DNA of 60,000 bases from Lytechinus pictus. Lineage: Eukaryota. Location of the stretch: NCBI RefSeq assembly GCF_037042905.1, contig NC_087252.1, positions 23,376,001 through 23,436,000 of the forward strand, read 5' to 3'. The notes under the pieces were generated by a model. That model saw only the letters and a list, made by a program, of their open reading frames with translations, was not told where the DNA came from and ran no database searches. Positions within the stretch are counted from its first letter, which is position 1. Each line of letters opens with the position of its first letter. The translations under genes and the position numbers were made by a program. Below are positions 11,644 through 24,649 of the stretch, in pieces.

Positions 11644-14293
11644 TCTATCTGTTTTGATTTGCGACCATCCTAACCTGACGCAGACGCGTTCTACAACGCA
11701 CCAATTCCTTTGAAAATGCAAGTCAAATCACAATGGACAGCTGATCGTCCGAAGAACTGGACCGGGCAAAAATTGCAAATATATGCCGTTTAGTGTCCAT
11801 AGCCCAGGACGGCAATGCTGTTTTGATTCACCGATTTTCGACAAAGGCTATTTTGTAATTGATGGGCTTTTGACAAAGAGATTCTCTGCGTTATCTGCGT
11901 AGCGATCTCGAGAATGACCAATTGCACATGAACCGACGACAGATGGTGTCGTTGGTATCTGCTAATAGAGTGACATTCATCGGTTGGTGAATGAGTTCCC
12001 AAAATGTGACTGTTATTGTCATCTGAATAACATTCTCTCAATTCCAGCTGCGGCGGAACCGAGAGACCATATGGATCGATGACCCCACCATTTTTAAAGT
12101 GGGTTCCTACCCCCCCCCCCCCCCACCCCCCCCCCCCACCCCCCCCCCCCCACTTTTCAAGACAGACGCGATCTATTTTTTACTAAGCAAAGTATAAATA
12201 TGTCATTTGATCCAATTTTGCATTCTAAAATCTTAAAATTTTCCCACGCGGTCGTACCGCTCCCGCGCTTAATCTTACAAAAAAAATGTCCATGAAAAAT
12301 TCCTCCGTTTAGCTGTATTGCAAATGTAATGTCTGGGGCCCCATTTTCCAAAGAGCTACGATTTATCTGATCAACTTCAACTGTATAGAAATCCATTGAT
12401 CTCGTAATTTTGTCTACAAACAATTTGCACTACATCCCTATTTAAACAATCAGTGATTGTATGAATTTACAGCATATCTAGAAAATATTTCGAGTAATCA
12501 TGCACTTTAGGTGATAATGTTGCTGGCTGTTCATAGTTAGGTTTGATCATATCAATCGTAACTCTTTGTAAGACGGGGTCCTGGTGCATTAAGGGAGTAT
12601 GGTTATACTGCGTTCAATTTCTGAATTGTATGATTCTAGTGCATTTTAAGTATGGTTTAACTTTGATCATAAACCCCCATAAACCAAGCTAAACATCCAC
12701 TGGTATGGGGGGGGGGGGGCTGTCATATCCTGACATCTTTGAGGGAGGGGGGGGGGGTGATTTGTTCAAACATAGATCTACAATGTTCAAGTTAAGTGTA
12801 CAATTCAATATTGGGGTCAATTGGTTAACATGGTTGGGGATTACAGACGCAAATATTTTTCTGTGTGAGGGATTATTTTTTTTACTTGAGGGATGCCGGG
12901 GGGGGGGGGTCAGTTGCATAATGAGCCCAAAATATGTGGGGGCCATTCATATTCAACGGTAGAATTTTTTTTTTCGAAAAAAAGCTGCGAAGGAGAGATT
13001 GAAGCGAGCGAGAAATTTTTTAGACCTTTTTGATAAAAATATATCTAAATTTGTCGGATAGCTTTTTGACATATATATTATATATCGTTTTTTGTACTTT
13101 TCTTTCTCCGTTTTTTTTCGTTCTTCGCGGTGAAACGTTTGGGGGTCCATGGCTCCTAAGCTCCTTTTTAGATTAGTTGGAGTAGGGTTATCAGGCGCGT
13201 ATCCAGCATCAGGTCCTATGGGCCCAATTTTCTGGGGATGATAGTGACTCTATTGTGCCCTTGCATGGGCCCATTCATTTCTTTGTCATAGCTGATGCTG
13301 GATACACTAGTGGTAATCCTCGAGTCTGCGGTTTTCAGTACTAGATGTGCATATTAGCTTTATTTTAAGACTGAAGACTCCGTAATTCGTAAGGACTATA
13401 TCAGTAATGGACGCGCGAAGCGCGACCTGATATTTTGATATTGGCCTACTGACCTAAAATGGTCCATGATTTCATGGTTCTTTCCCTTTGATCGCCTCTT
13501 TATATTTCGGTTCTTGTGTATTTTGTATCCTCTCCACTTATTTTACCTAATAAACCTAAATAAAGAATACTAACGAAAATGAGCTGATATTCAAATTGTT
13601 AAAATAAACGGGAAACACCCCATGCGCTTGATCGCGGGGAGGAGTGAAATTTGAAGAAACAAAATGTCATCTATAAAAGCATAAACATTACATTTGTATT
13701 TCATTTCCTGCTGGATTTCTTTCCTCTCTCCATCTATCTGTATCTAGCATTTTCCGAAAGAAATGGTTTCATTTAATAATACCAGATATGTACATATTAA
13801 GAAAATTACAAAAAATATGGTTATCAGGCATAATATACAATAATCCAACATGAATGGAGGAAGTGTGTTTTGTTCACTGTTCATTATGGACTGAGAAGAC
13901 ATGCGTGTCCTGTGTTTCCTTAGCATATAACCTGTAGTAGAGTAATTAATGAGATTACATATAGTCATTAATTAATATTGTGGTCAAAACGAAACCACGG
14001 ACTGGACGATAAGCACTATCCAAATCCCGTTGATTAATGACCATAAAATACCAAAGCATCGTAATGAATGATCTTTCAGTGTACCCTACGTCCAGAGTGA
14101 CATATGACATTGCAATGCCTTCTAGAAATAAAAGAGCGGGGGCGATTCCATTCGGGCAAAGGAATTAAGCTAGGGGCGACTTCCTTTATGATTATTTCAA
14201 TATAGAAAAGATAGGAAAGAAGAGTAAAAAGACGCAGAAGGGGGAAAACGCAGATCGTTTATGCCCATGACGATAAGGATAGAATAAGTTGGT

Positions 14294-14677
14294 TACACTT
14301 CGTAATTCCGAAGGTTCTTTATTCCGAAGGTTCGTAATTCCGAAAACGAAATAAGGCTCGATGTTCCGAAGGTTCGTTAATCCGAAAACGAAATAAGGTT
14401 CGTTGTTCCGAAGGTTCGTTAATCCGAAAACGAAATAAGGTTCGTTAGTCCGAAAACGAAATAAGGTTAGTGAATCATTTAGTTTTCGGACTAACGAACC
14501 TTCGGAATTACGAACCTCATTTCTTTTTCGGATTAACGAACCTTCGGAATTACGAACCTCACTTCGTTTTCGGACTAACGAACCTTCGGAATTACGAACC
14601 TCATTTCGTTTTCGGACTAACGAACCTTCGGAATATCCGAACCTTCGGAATAACGAAGCTTCGGATTTACGGATGTA
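14294..14677. mobile_element. Foldback-type MITE built of TTCCGAAGGTTCG subrepeats
   Basis: Left arm (ccgaaggttcg..ccgaaaacgaaataagg)n is inverted relative to right arm (ttcggactaacgaaccttcgg)n; paralog at 49315-49713. Confidence 0.8.
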
Positions 14678-15543
14678 TGCGGAATGGGTTGTATATCTGT
14701 ACGAACACTCATATGGTTTTAATGAAAACAAATGCATATCAATTTGTCACCCCCTCTCGCCCCCTCCATCAAAAAAAAATTATGATAAAAAGTACGAATT
14801 ATGATTTTCATCGAAATTTTTGTCATCTCGCTGATTTGACTTTTTACACGCCAAATCTATTTCAAAATAATAAATCATGTACTTTATGTATTTTAGATTT
14901 TAGGACTCGCTCAGTTCATCGGAATACTGCACAGTATTCAATTCTTATCCCCTGAACTCAAACTTGTCTATTTTCTGTATAATTTTTACCCCTAACATTC
15001 ATGACTAAATCCCCATTAAAATGTCTTTCCCAAAATGCAAAGGGTGCGTAAAACCATGGCGCACTTACCATGTTTCCGGTTTTGATAGTTACAAAGATTT
15101 TTTATGAAGAAGACACTCGTGAAAGAAACTTGAGTTTTATGATCTTTTTGTTGGTTTCACACAGGAAACACACGCCATTTAAACGAGCAATTTCAGGAGC
15201 ATGGTATCATTTCATATGATGTTCCTCTCCTGTTTATCATATAGCTTTGAAAACTCCCTACTTAAGATTTATCATTACATATTCCGAATGTCAGAAAGTA
15301 TCCGTTCCGAATTTTGATTAGCCCTAAAAAAGAAAAATGATATCTCACATTTACCATTTCCCAACCATGTATGAGTGTGTGGGTGTGGATGTAATTAATT
15401 TTCCCCATCATTTCAAACAACTTCCGAAGGTGTTTTCACCTACTTACATTAACAAGAGACAAAAACCTGGTTTCAGAGGTTTTCCGTTATTTATTTGCAA
15501 GTGGTGTTTAACTAAAGTGATACAATATCGGCAACTGTATACC

Positions 15544-16067
15544 CACTCTAAAAAAATATTGGGTAAAAGTGCTCCATACGGGTAATTATGTGTCCAACCA
15601 ACATTGGGCATTTTTATTTACCCAGTGTGATGAAAATTTGGCCCAATTAAAGCAATTACTGCTTATTTTAACCTTACTGGACATATGCTTCCCGCATTGG
15701 GTAAAATTCGTGGTGGTAAAAATTTATCCAATATTTCTAGTGCAGTATTACTTATTTTATGATTTTTTTTTCAGAAAAATATAGCGGGCGTTTAACTATA
15801 GTGATACAAAATCGGCAACTGGGCACCCACTCTAAAAAAAAATATTAGGTAGAAGTGCTCCATGCGGGTAATTATGTGTCCAACCAACATTGGGCATTTT
15901 TATTTACCCAATGTAAAGAAAATTTGGCCCAAATTAAAGTAATTGCTGCTTATTTTTTACCTTACTGGACATATGCTTCCCGCATTGGGTAAAATACTGC
16001 CCCAAATTGGTTGGACACATAATTACCCTCGTGGTGGTAAACATTTTACCCAATATTTCTTACAGTG
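15544..16067. mobile_element. Two tandem copies of a CAC...GTG MITE (single copy in unit B at ~50557-50794)
   Basis: CACTCTAAAAAAATATTGGGTAAA...TTTACCCAATATTTCTTACAGTG; local duplication ~15505-15785 / 15790-16110. Confidence 0.7.
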
Positions 16068-16383
16068 CAGTATTACTTGTTTTATGATTTTTTTTTCTAG
16101 AAAATATAATTAGTTGGTGGGGGACAAGTAAAAAAATTAATTATTGCGTATCTTCTTTGCTGGGAGGGAAAGGTATACCTTTCAACCTCGAGATTGTAAA
16201 ATGATTTATTGATCTATCAAAACGAAGATCTAATACATATCCCATATTCCTTCCATATTTAGCCATCGATTTCAGGGCTCTACGTCCATGTGGTGAAGCT
16301 AATCGGGTGAAACTTTCTTTATTCTATTGGTAAAACGCCGATATATTTTTAACTAGTCGTTATAATTATGATTTCACATAACC

Positions 16384-16575
16384 GAAAGTGAAATGGACAA
16401 AGGGCTCGTCCCCTCATATCCTCAATCGAAGTATGAGTGATTGTATCTCTTGGTTGAAGTAGCAGCCTGTTTGCAACCAATCGATGGCCCTTCATAAGTA
16501 TTCTCTGAAAGTGAATCCTCTGTTTTGAGAGCAACACATCCTTTGTCATTCTTCCAAACGCCATGAAAACTGAAA
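16384..16575 (+). promoter_or_regulatory. Cluster of IRF/ISRE-like (or Blimp1-like) motifs upstream of Ig gene A
   Basis: GAAAGTGAAA 16384, GAAAGTGAAT 16507, GAAAACTGAAA 16565, within 300 bp of the ATG; conserved in copy B. Confidence 0.45.
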
Positions 16576-16671
16576 TAGTGACAGAACTATAGGAAACCCT
16601 CATCTGGATAACTGTGCTATTCAGGATCAGCTCGTATTCTATACTGTGGATATATATATTACGTTATAAAG

Positions 16672-16711
16672 ATGGGGAGGATGGCCAAATCGGTTTTATT
16701 TGCCATTACTG
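16672..16711 (+). CDS. Ig gene A exon 1 (MGRMAKSVLFAIT, start of signal peptide)
   Basis: ATG in aagATGG context, phase-1 G|GTAAGA donor, in frame with exon 2, conserved in copy B. Confidence 0.75.
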
Positions 16712-17164
16712 GTAAGAATTCCTATGATTGAATTTCTAAGAGGTAGCAAATGTTCGTTTAAAACACACTTGTTTGACGAATTGCGAGCAGACTTATGTTG
16801 ATGATCATATTTATATGATTTTATCATCAAAGAAGATGCAAGCCTATCATCTTTTGCAAATGTTGATTGTTTTTTCTGTGAAAGTATTGATGACGTATTA
16901 AGACGAGCTAAATGGACAACATGGACAGATCATGCAGATGGAGAAATGATGTGAGATGTGATAAATTCTCCGCCCGTTGAAAAAGTAGAACTAATGGCAA
17001 AAATATAATTATTTATTCTGTAATTGTTTTTGTTCTTGTAGGAATCGTCAGTTTATAAGAAATTATACTCAAAGAATAAAAAAGGGTTTCAACTCTATAC
17101 CTTCCAAAGCCGCACTGGGAACGCACTGAGAGCACTTCTATAAATGGTAAAACGTGCAACCCGC

Positions 17165-17760
17165 CACCATCATTGCGATTACAATCATCATCACCACGAC
17201 CACCATCACCACTACCACAAACATCACTACCAAAATCATAAATATGGTCATCTTCATCATCATCACCTCCAGGTCATTGTCATCGTCATCATCATCATCA
17301 CCATCAGTAGCACCATCATCGTCATCATCATCATCACCATCAGTAGCACCATCATCATCATCACCACCACCACCATCACCGCCGCCGCACCACCACAATA
17401 ACCATTACCATCCTCACCACCACCACCACCGTCATCACGATAAACACCATGAACACTACCACGTCACCACCAAATTCATCAATATGCTCATCTTCATCAG
17501 CATCATCATCACCTCCCGGTCATCGTCATCATCATCATTACCATCAGTAGCACCATCATCATCATCATCATCATCATCACCACCACCACCACCACCACCA
17601 CCACCACCACCACCACAATAACCATTACCATCATCACCACCATCACCAATATTATCGCAATACTATGCACGACCATCACCTCCACCGTCTCCGTTACTAT
17701 CATCACCACTTACACCACCATCACCATGTCACCACCACCTTCACTACAACCAGGAATCAT
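17165..17760. repeat. Degenerate (CAT/CAC)n trinucleotide tract in intron 1
   Basis: Direct reading; continues at 24030-24415 after the inserted elements. Confidence 0.9.
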
Positions 17761-17775
17761 CGTCTTAATGATTTT

Positions 17776-18410
17776 TATAATAGGCATTTATATAGCGCCA
17801 TCTATCTAGAAATAATCTATTCCGAGGCGCGATGTTATTATTGTTATTACCCCGGAGGAGCCGTGGTGTAGTGGTTCTGACTCTCGCCTTGTAAACAGAG
17901 GGTCGTGTGTTCGAATCCCACCGCGGTCTGGCGTCCTTTGGCAAGGCGTTAATCCACACTTTGCCACTCTCGACCCAGGTGCTAAATGGGTACCCGGTAG
18001 GATGTGAAAGTCGTTGTAGCTTGTCCAGTACTGTGTGCGCCTCACAGGTGACTGACTGGAATACTCCCCAGAGAGTGGAGGATGTGCACACATTGTGTGC
18101 GGGAATGACTGATTGAATCCGATGACTTGGGTAATAATATATCTGTAAAGCGCTTAGACACGTCGTTCCGATGGATTAAGCGCTATATAAAAGCGGATTA
18201 TTATTATTATTATTTAGCTCGAGCTGCCTTTCAGCGCTCATGTATTCAAGGAATTAATCCTGCCGGGTACTCATTCACCTCACCTGGGTTGAGTGCAGCA
18301 CAATGTGAATAGATTTCTTGCTGAAGGAAATTACACCATGGTTGGGATTCGAACCCACGACCCTCTGTTTCAAAGTCAAAAGACTTATCCACTGGGCCAC
18401 AATGTTCCAC
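17776..18410 (-). mobile_element. tRNA-derived SINE (minus strand) split by a second SINE
   Basis: Head at ~18410 with TGGCCCAGTGG and GGTTCGAATCC boxes, caacccaggtgaggtgaatgagtacc core, tail at ~17776-17850; absent in copy B. Confidence 0.8.
17854..18213 (+). mobile_element. tRNA-derived SINE with Deu/Nin-like core and (TTA)n tail
   Basis: TGGTGTAGTGG A box, GTTCGAATCC B box, ctcgacccaggtgctaaatgggtacc core, aagcgct...(tta)n 3' end. Confidence 0.85.
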
Positions 18411-18418
18411 ATTGATTA

Positions 18419-21400
18419 CCCAGGTAACAATACAGCGTTGGACCAACGTTGGATCAACGTTGGGAAATTTTTTCCCAACGTTGCCTCAACGTTGGCAGGC
18501 CAACGTTGCATCATCGATAGAAGTGCACGCGCATACATCGTCAGACCAACAACATTTACAACGTCAGTTCAACGTTGTCCAGCAACAATGTTTCAACGTT
18601 GATCCAATGTTGGCTAAATAGTCAAATACAACATTGCTACAACGTTGGTAAGCAACGTTGCATCATCGATAGAAGTGCACGTCCATACATTGTCAGACCA
18701 ACAACATTTCCAACGTCAGTTCAACGTTGTCCACCATCAATGCTCCAACGTTGGTATAATGTCGGCTGAGTCATCAATAACAGCGTTGCTGCAACGTTGA
18801 TGGGCAACTTTGAAGCAGCGATGGACGTGCACTTGCATACATCGTCAGTCTAACTATGTTAACAACGTTGGTTCAACGCTGTCCAGCAACAATGCTCCAA
18901 CGTTGTCTGGCAACATTGCTCCAACATTGTTACAACGTTGCTCCAACATTGCTCCAACGTTATTCCAACGTATGGCAGTAATTAACAAAACATTAATTGG
19001 TTTCAAGGTGAAGTCCACCATTACAACTCTACACTCTAATCTTAATATCATCATGTCTTATCCTACCCTAAAATCCTACATCCTAATCCTATATCCTATT
19101 CCTATCATCCTACACCTATCCACTGTATCCCGTCATTGACTCCTATATATAGAGCAACTTTGCTATACTTGGCAGAATACAGTTAATATAATTTTCCACA
19201 CTTAACCTTGAATATTTCACTTAGAATAATATGTTTTGATTATAAATGATATGGTAATGGAGCCACATACTTTTCTGAAACTTTTCATGGTGGAAATATT
19301 GAATAAACATAAATACTATAATTATTATAGCAATATTACCTAAAATTTTGGTCATTTACTGATGTAATGAATATTCATGAGTGCATAATCATTGTCCAGA
19401 TAAGGCAGGTATGGCAGCGTTGGTCCAATGTTGGTCCAACGTTGGGTGACGTTGATCCAACGTTGGTCTAATGTTGGTCCAATGTTGATGGAAAGTTGAT
19501 TCAATGTTAGTCCAATGTTAGTCAAACGTTGGCGTAAACGTTGATTCAATGTTTGTCTAATATCGGTTAAATGTTGTTGTAACGTTGATTCTTTGTTGGT
19601 CTAATTTTAAACAAATCCAACGATGCGCCATCTCCATCAAACAGTTTTCAACACTGTGCCATCATCATCTGTCACCTGTTCATGATTCTATCAAAAAACA
19701 TTACAACTATTATTACAGCTATTCATTTCTTTTCATTCTTTCTGTTACAAGTCTCTTCACATAATTAAGAGGAATCAAGAGAATTACGTGTGATATTTAT
19801 TGAGGCCTTTGTAGCATTCAAACTTTTTTGAAATCCTCTTTTTCTCAAACAAGACTAATACCAAAAAAACATATGTAAGAATTAAGATGTATTACATTTT
19901 CTTGCGAGTTGCAATCTCTGTTTCTGTCTACAATTGTTTAATGACTCGGTATGCAATGCCAATTGCAACGTCAGTAATCATCACAAAAAATCACATGTGT
20001 AATTGCAGTCTCTCAGTATTTACAAAATCTAAAAAGGAGGCCGCGTAACTTGGCCTCACTCAGAGTAACGTAGCTACTGCCTACTGTAACTAAAGAGTGC
20101 CTCTTTTTGATTAAGATAGAAGTCAACTGATATCTCAATATGCATGGCCATGGCCTAGTCTCGCTCGTGCCATAACTATTAAATGATATTTCAGCGTCAA
20201 GTGTAGCATGCCTCACATAGCAACTACAGGTTTGACTGCAGTTGGAAAACACTCGGTCCAGGCTAGGCCAGGCAGGACCGACCAGGTCAATTCAAGGCAG
20301 CGTATAATAAATAAGGCAGGAATGCCAGGTAGCAAGTCATTGGGTGATTTCAAGTACGGTGTACGGTGTTGAGAGCGTGAAAGGGCTGCTGAACTGAGCT
20401 CCAACACCAAGCGTAATATTATTTTTCATTGAAATGTATTTAAAACTCTAATGATTTGCTCTCATCTTAAATGTAAAAGATAATTTTACGGAGATGGTTC
20501 GTCGTGTTCGCCCCCTGTTCGTGAGCTACAGTTCATCAACACCATCACTGAACTTTAAATCACGATTCTCCCAATCCCTGGGGGTCGGTGTTGCTGAATG
20601 GGGAAATTGCTTGTAGATCATCAACACCATGCAGCCACAGTGCAGTGTTGGGTTCAGCAGATGACAATCAACACCAGCCTTCAACACAAACTGCCGGAAA
20701 TACACCATATTTTCCGAGGTCAATCTCAACACCAGCCTGATTCAAGTACGGTGTTGTCACAACACCAACACTAACCCAGGGAGCTCCGGCCCTCTCAGCA
20801 GGCCGGAGCCCAGGGGCTTACCGTGTAATTCACTATACCCACGGTAGTAGCGTGAAGTATGGTCTAAATAATTATCCGAATAAATAGTTAAAACAGAAAT
20901 TAAGCACTTACCACGATTAAATCGATGAAGGTCTAACGAGTGGCAGCTTCCTGACATCGAGGCACAGACTGGAACCTCAAAAACGAAAAGTTCTGTCGCG
21001 GTAGCTCTCCTTCTTTCAGAATTCATAGCAAAATGGCCGTTCGAGACCAGTACCGAGGGTACAAAGTCTATATGCGCTAGTGCTATTAGCCTCGGTCTCA
21101 ATCGGCCATTTTGTTTTGAATTCTGAAAGAGGAGAGCTACCGCGACAGAACTTTTCGTTTTTTGAGGTTCCAGTCTGTGCCTCGATGTCAGGAAGCTGCT
21201 ACTCGTTAGACCTTCATCCATATAATCGTGGTAAGTGCTTAATTTCTGTTTTAACTATTTATTCGGATAATTATTTAGACCATACTTCACGCTACTACCG
21301 TGGGTATGGTGAATTACACGGTAAGCTCCTGGGCTCCGGCCCGCTGCGCGGTAAGTGCTTAATTTCTGTTTTAACTATTTATTCGGATAATTATTTAGAC

Positions 21401-24027
21401 CATGCTTCACGCTACTACCGTGGGTATATGGTTAATTACACGGTAAGCTCCTGGGCTCCGGCCTGCTGCGCGGGCCGGAGCTCCCTGGCCTGGGTTACAC
21501 CAACACCAGATTTCAACACTGTACTTGAAAATCATCCAATGACTGTTGCCTTGCCCTTGGTATCGCATACTCGTTCCCACTCACACGTATTGCGAGGTTA
21601 GTATTAGTCACTCACACAAGCTAATTACGAGGTTAGTTAGTATGTTATACTGTGCAGTGACTGGTGTTAAGTACTACTTTACTACTACTTACATCAATAT
21701 ACTAGCGTCGGACTGTACGCGCACAGAAGCTGACTCCGGGATCTTTCGGAGGGGATCAATGGTTGCAGTTACCGATTATCTGCAAGTGCAAAGAAAATTC
21801 CACTGTAGATTGTAGGTCCTAAATATGCAGCTTATAAGTACTGTTCCAGATCACTAGATAATCTGGAATTTAATTGTCTATATCCACTATCCAGTCCAAA
21901 TTCTGCCAGATTCTTCAAGTTCAAAATTGAAGGAAGCAGACTACACACACATGACAGAAGGAGTCCGACGTCGCGACTAATTCTGCGCATCAGAATAGTA
22001 TGGTATTTTTAAATAGGCACATTTGATGCTTGTATTTCCTTCTTCAATTTCTTCTAGTTATGTGACGGTAGGCCTATGACATATCTCGTACTTACTGTGA
22101 AAGGCCTAGCCAGCTGCAAAGGACGAGGGCGTTTCTGGAAATTCTGGTCTTGAACTACATTTTTTTCCTTGTTTTTCTCCTTTATTTTCTACATTAATCG
22201 ACACATTTGCATTCCCCGGTGCATGCAGCCTCTCTATTCTACCCCATCTTTATTTTTGTTTTCCCCTTAGTTTTAGTTCCTCTTTCCCTTCCCATTATTT
22301 TCCTTCTCTCTCGATTTCTTTTCCCCTTATTGCTGGGGGATACCAAGGGTGACATGGATAGACAAGCAAACTTACTTGATCGACCCCCCCCCCCTTGGCC
22401 CCATTGGAAATTATGCGAGTAGTCGTCTGTATATCATTATCAATTCTCCAATGAACCAGTTTCTAACGTTCTCAACACTGTGTATATTGTGCCGGGATAT
22501 TATGTTGACTGTCAAACAAATATCCAACAAACTATAGTTTCCAACATTGTGTCAATGTTAACTGTCAACTACTCTCCAATAAACTATTCCAATTACGCTG
22601 TCCACGTTGTGCCATTGTCCGTTGTTCAACAACTCTCCATCAAACTAGTTTCCAACTTTGTCAACGTTGTGCCATTGTCGACTGTCCAACAAATCTACAA
22701 GAAAATAGTTTCCAACGTTGTTCCTTTGTCGGTTGTTCAGCAACTCTCCATCGAACTAGTTTCTGACGTAATCAACGCTGTGCCTTTGTTGGCTGTTCAA
22801 CACCTATCCAATCAAACACGCGTTTCCAACGTTGTGACTTTGTTGGCCGTGTCCAACAAATCTCCAGCACATTAGTTTACAATGTTGTGCCATTGTCTGT
22901 TGTTCAACAACTTTCCAACGTTGCCAACGTTGTGTCATCGTCGACTATCCTACTGATCTCCAATCTACCAGTTTCCAACGTTGTGCCAGTGTCAGTTGTT
23001 CAACAACCTCCCATCTAACTAGTTTCCAGCTTTATCAACGTTGTGTCATTGTATACTATCTAACTAATCTCCAATCTACCAGTTTCCAACGTTGTGCCAT
23101 CGTCGACTATCCAACAAATCTCCATCGAACTAGTTTCTAGCTTTGACAACGTTGTGCCATAGTTGGTTGTTCAACAACTTTCCATCGAACTAGTTTCCAA
23201 CGTTGCCAACCTTGTGTCATCGTCGACTATCCAACTAATCTCCAACCTACTAGTTTCCATCGTTGTGCCATTGTCGACTGTCCAACAACTCTCCAACTAA
23301 CAAGTTTCCAACGTTGCCAACGTCGTGTCATTGTTGATTGTTCAACAACTTTCCAGCGAACTAGTTTCCAACGTTGCCAACGTTGTGCCTTTGCTGGCTG
23401 TCAACAACTATCCAATCAAACGTGTCTCCAACGTTGTGACATTGTCGACTGTCCAACAACTCTCCAACTTACTAGTCTCCAACGTTGTGCCATTGTCGAC
23501 CGTCCAACAAATCTCCAACAAACTAGTTTCCAACTTTGTCAACGTTGTGCCATTGTCGGTTGTTCAACAACTTTCCAGCGAACTAGTTTCCAACGTTGCC
23601 AACGTTGTGCCTTTGCTGGCTGTTCAACAACTATCCAATCAAACGTGTTTCCAACGTTGTGACATTGTCGACCGTCCAACAAATCTCCAACAAACTAGTT
23701 TCCAACTTTGTCAACGTTGTGCCATTGTCGGTTGTTCAACAACTTTCCAGCGAACTAGTTTCCAACGTTGCCAACGTTGTGCCTTTGCTGGCTGTTCAAC
23801 AACTATCCAATCAAACGTGTTTCCAACGTTGTGACATTGTCGACTGTCCAACAACTCTCCAACTAACAAGTTTCCAACGTTGCCAACGTCGTGTCATTGT
23901 TGATTGTCCATCATCTTTCCATCAAACTAGTTTCCAACGTCGATTCAACGTTAATCCGTCAAGTTTTTCCAACGTCCAACGACTTTCAAGTTTCCAACGT
24001 GGAGCCAACGTTGGCTTGTTACCTGGG
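18419..24027. mobile_element. 5.6 kb non-autonomous CCC...GGG element (CMC/EnSpm-like) with CAACGTTG subterminal arrays, in intron 1 of gene A
   Basis: TIR CCCAGGTAACAA/TTGTTACCTGGG, 2-bp TSD TA; absent in copy B; second copy at 33042. Confidence 0.88.
20772..21497. mobile_element. Foldback element with ~280-bp inverted arms and a ~120-bp tandem duplication in the right arm
   Basis: 20772-21050 is the reverse complement of 21095-21497; lies within an outer inverted repeat (gtcattgggtgatttcaagtac ~20337 / gtacttgaaaatcatccaatgac ~21543). Confidence 0.85.
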
Positions 24028-24459
24028 TAACGTCATCTCCAATCACCACCATGACCACCATAGCCACCATCATCCTCACCACCAGCATCATCAGAATCTT
24101 CATTAACAGCAAATTCACCATCACCATCATTACCATCGTCACCATTATTTTCATCACCACCACCACCATCAGCTCTACAACCATCATCACTACCACCACC
24201 GCAAAAGTCACCAACTAACACCATCAACACCATTATACTACCACATCATTGCCATCATCAGCAGCAGCAGCAGCACCAACACCACCAGCGCCACCATCCT
24301 AACCTTCAAAAGCACCACCACCACCATCATCGCCAATAGCATCACCACCACGCCGTCTTCCTAACCATCATCGTCACCTTTACAAACATGCAGCTCCAGC
24401 ACCACCATCACCATTAAGATTGCAGCAGTAAAGTTATATCTATTCTTGTCCGCATGCAG

Positions 24460-24620
24460 TTCAAATGATGGTCAAGTTCGGCAACACCTTGTTTGCAACT
24501 ACCCACGCCCCCATAATTGCCAAGAACGGGGAGAGCGTCACGCTGCCATGCTCCCATGGATGGAATCTTTCTCGAGTCGAGGACAGGAAAGACCTGGATC
24601 ATGTCACCTGGTACTTAACT
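24460..24620 (+). CDS. Ig gene A exon 2: N-terminal half of V-set domain (QMMVKFGNTLFATTHAPIIAKNGESVTLPCSHGWNLSRVEDRKDLDHVTWYLT)
   Basis: CAG acceptor, GTGAGT donor, phase 1 to 0; canonical GESVTLPC and VTWY Ig motifs. Confidence 0.92.
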
Positions 24621-24649
24621 GTGAGTGTTTAAACGTTCTAATGTTTAGT

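Larger units (their letters stand above)
5648..13345. repeat. Tandem duplication of ~3.86 kb (5648-9480 vs 9510-13345) joined at a (TA)n tract
   Basis: Near-identical sequence restarts at 9510 (ctatttgatcatgaccatcctctcgaacc); (TA)n at 9481-9509. Confidence 0.9.

Noticed and set aside
14192..14955. 161-181 aa ORFs on both strands (and 49382-49909)
   Set aside because: Translation of foldback MITE subrepeats
17138..17871. His-, Ser/Pro- or Asp-rich ORFs (also 23951-24233 and 52067-52900), superficially like His-rich immune proteins
   Set aside because: Translations of a degenerate (CAT/CAC)n intronic microsatellite; open in several frames, no splice signals, frames not conserved between copies
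17854..17930. tRNA-like sequences (also 905-975, 18335-18405, 51685-51760)
   Set aside because: They run on into SINE bodies and tails, and some are presence/absence insertions between duplicates; SINE heads, not tRNA genes
20757..21601. Mirror ORFs of 154 and 173 aa on opposite strands
   Set aside because: Result of the inverted repeat; no recognisable domain
22480..24030. Long repetitive ORFs (VSNVVPLSTVQQLS) here and at 36285-37721
   Set aside because: Products of the CAACGTTG subterminal arrays of a non-autonomous transposon; frames break differently in the two copies
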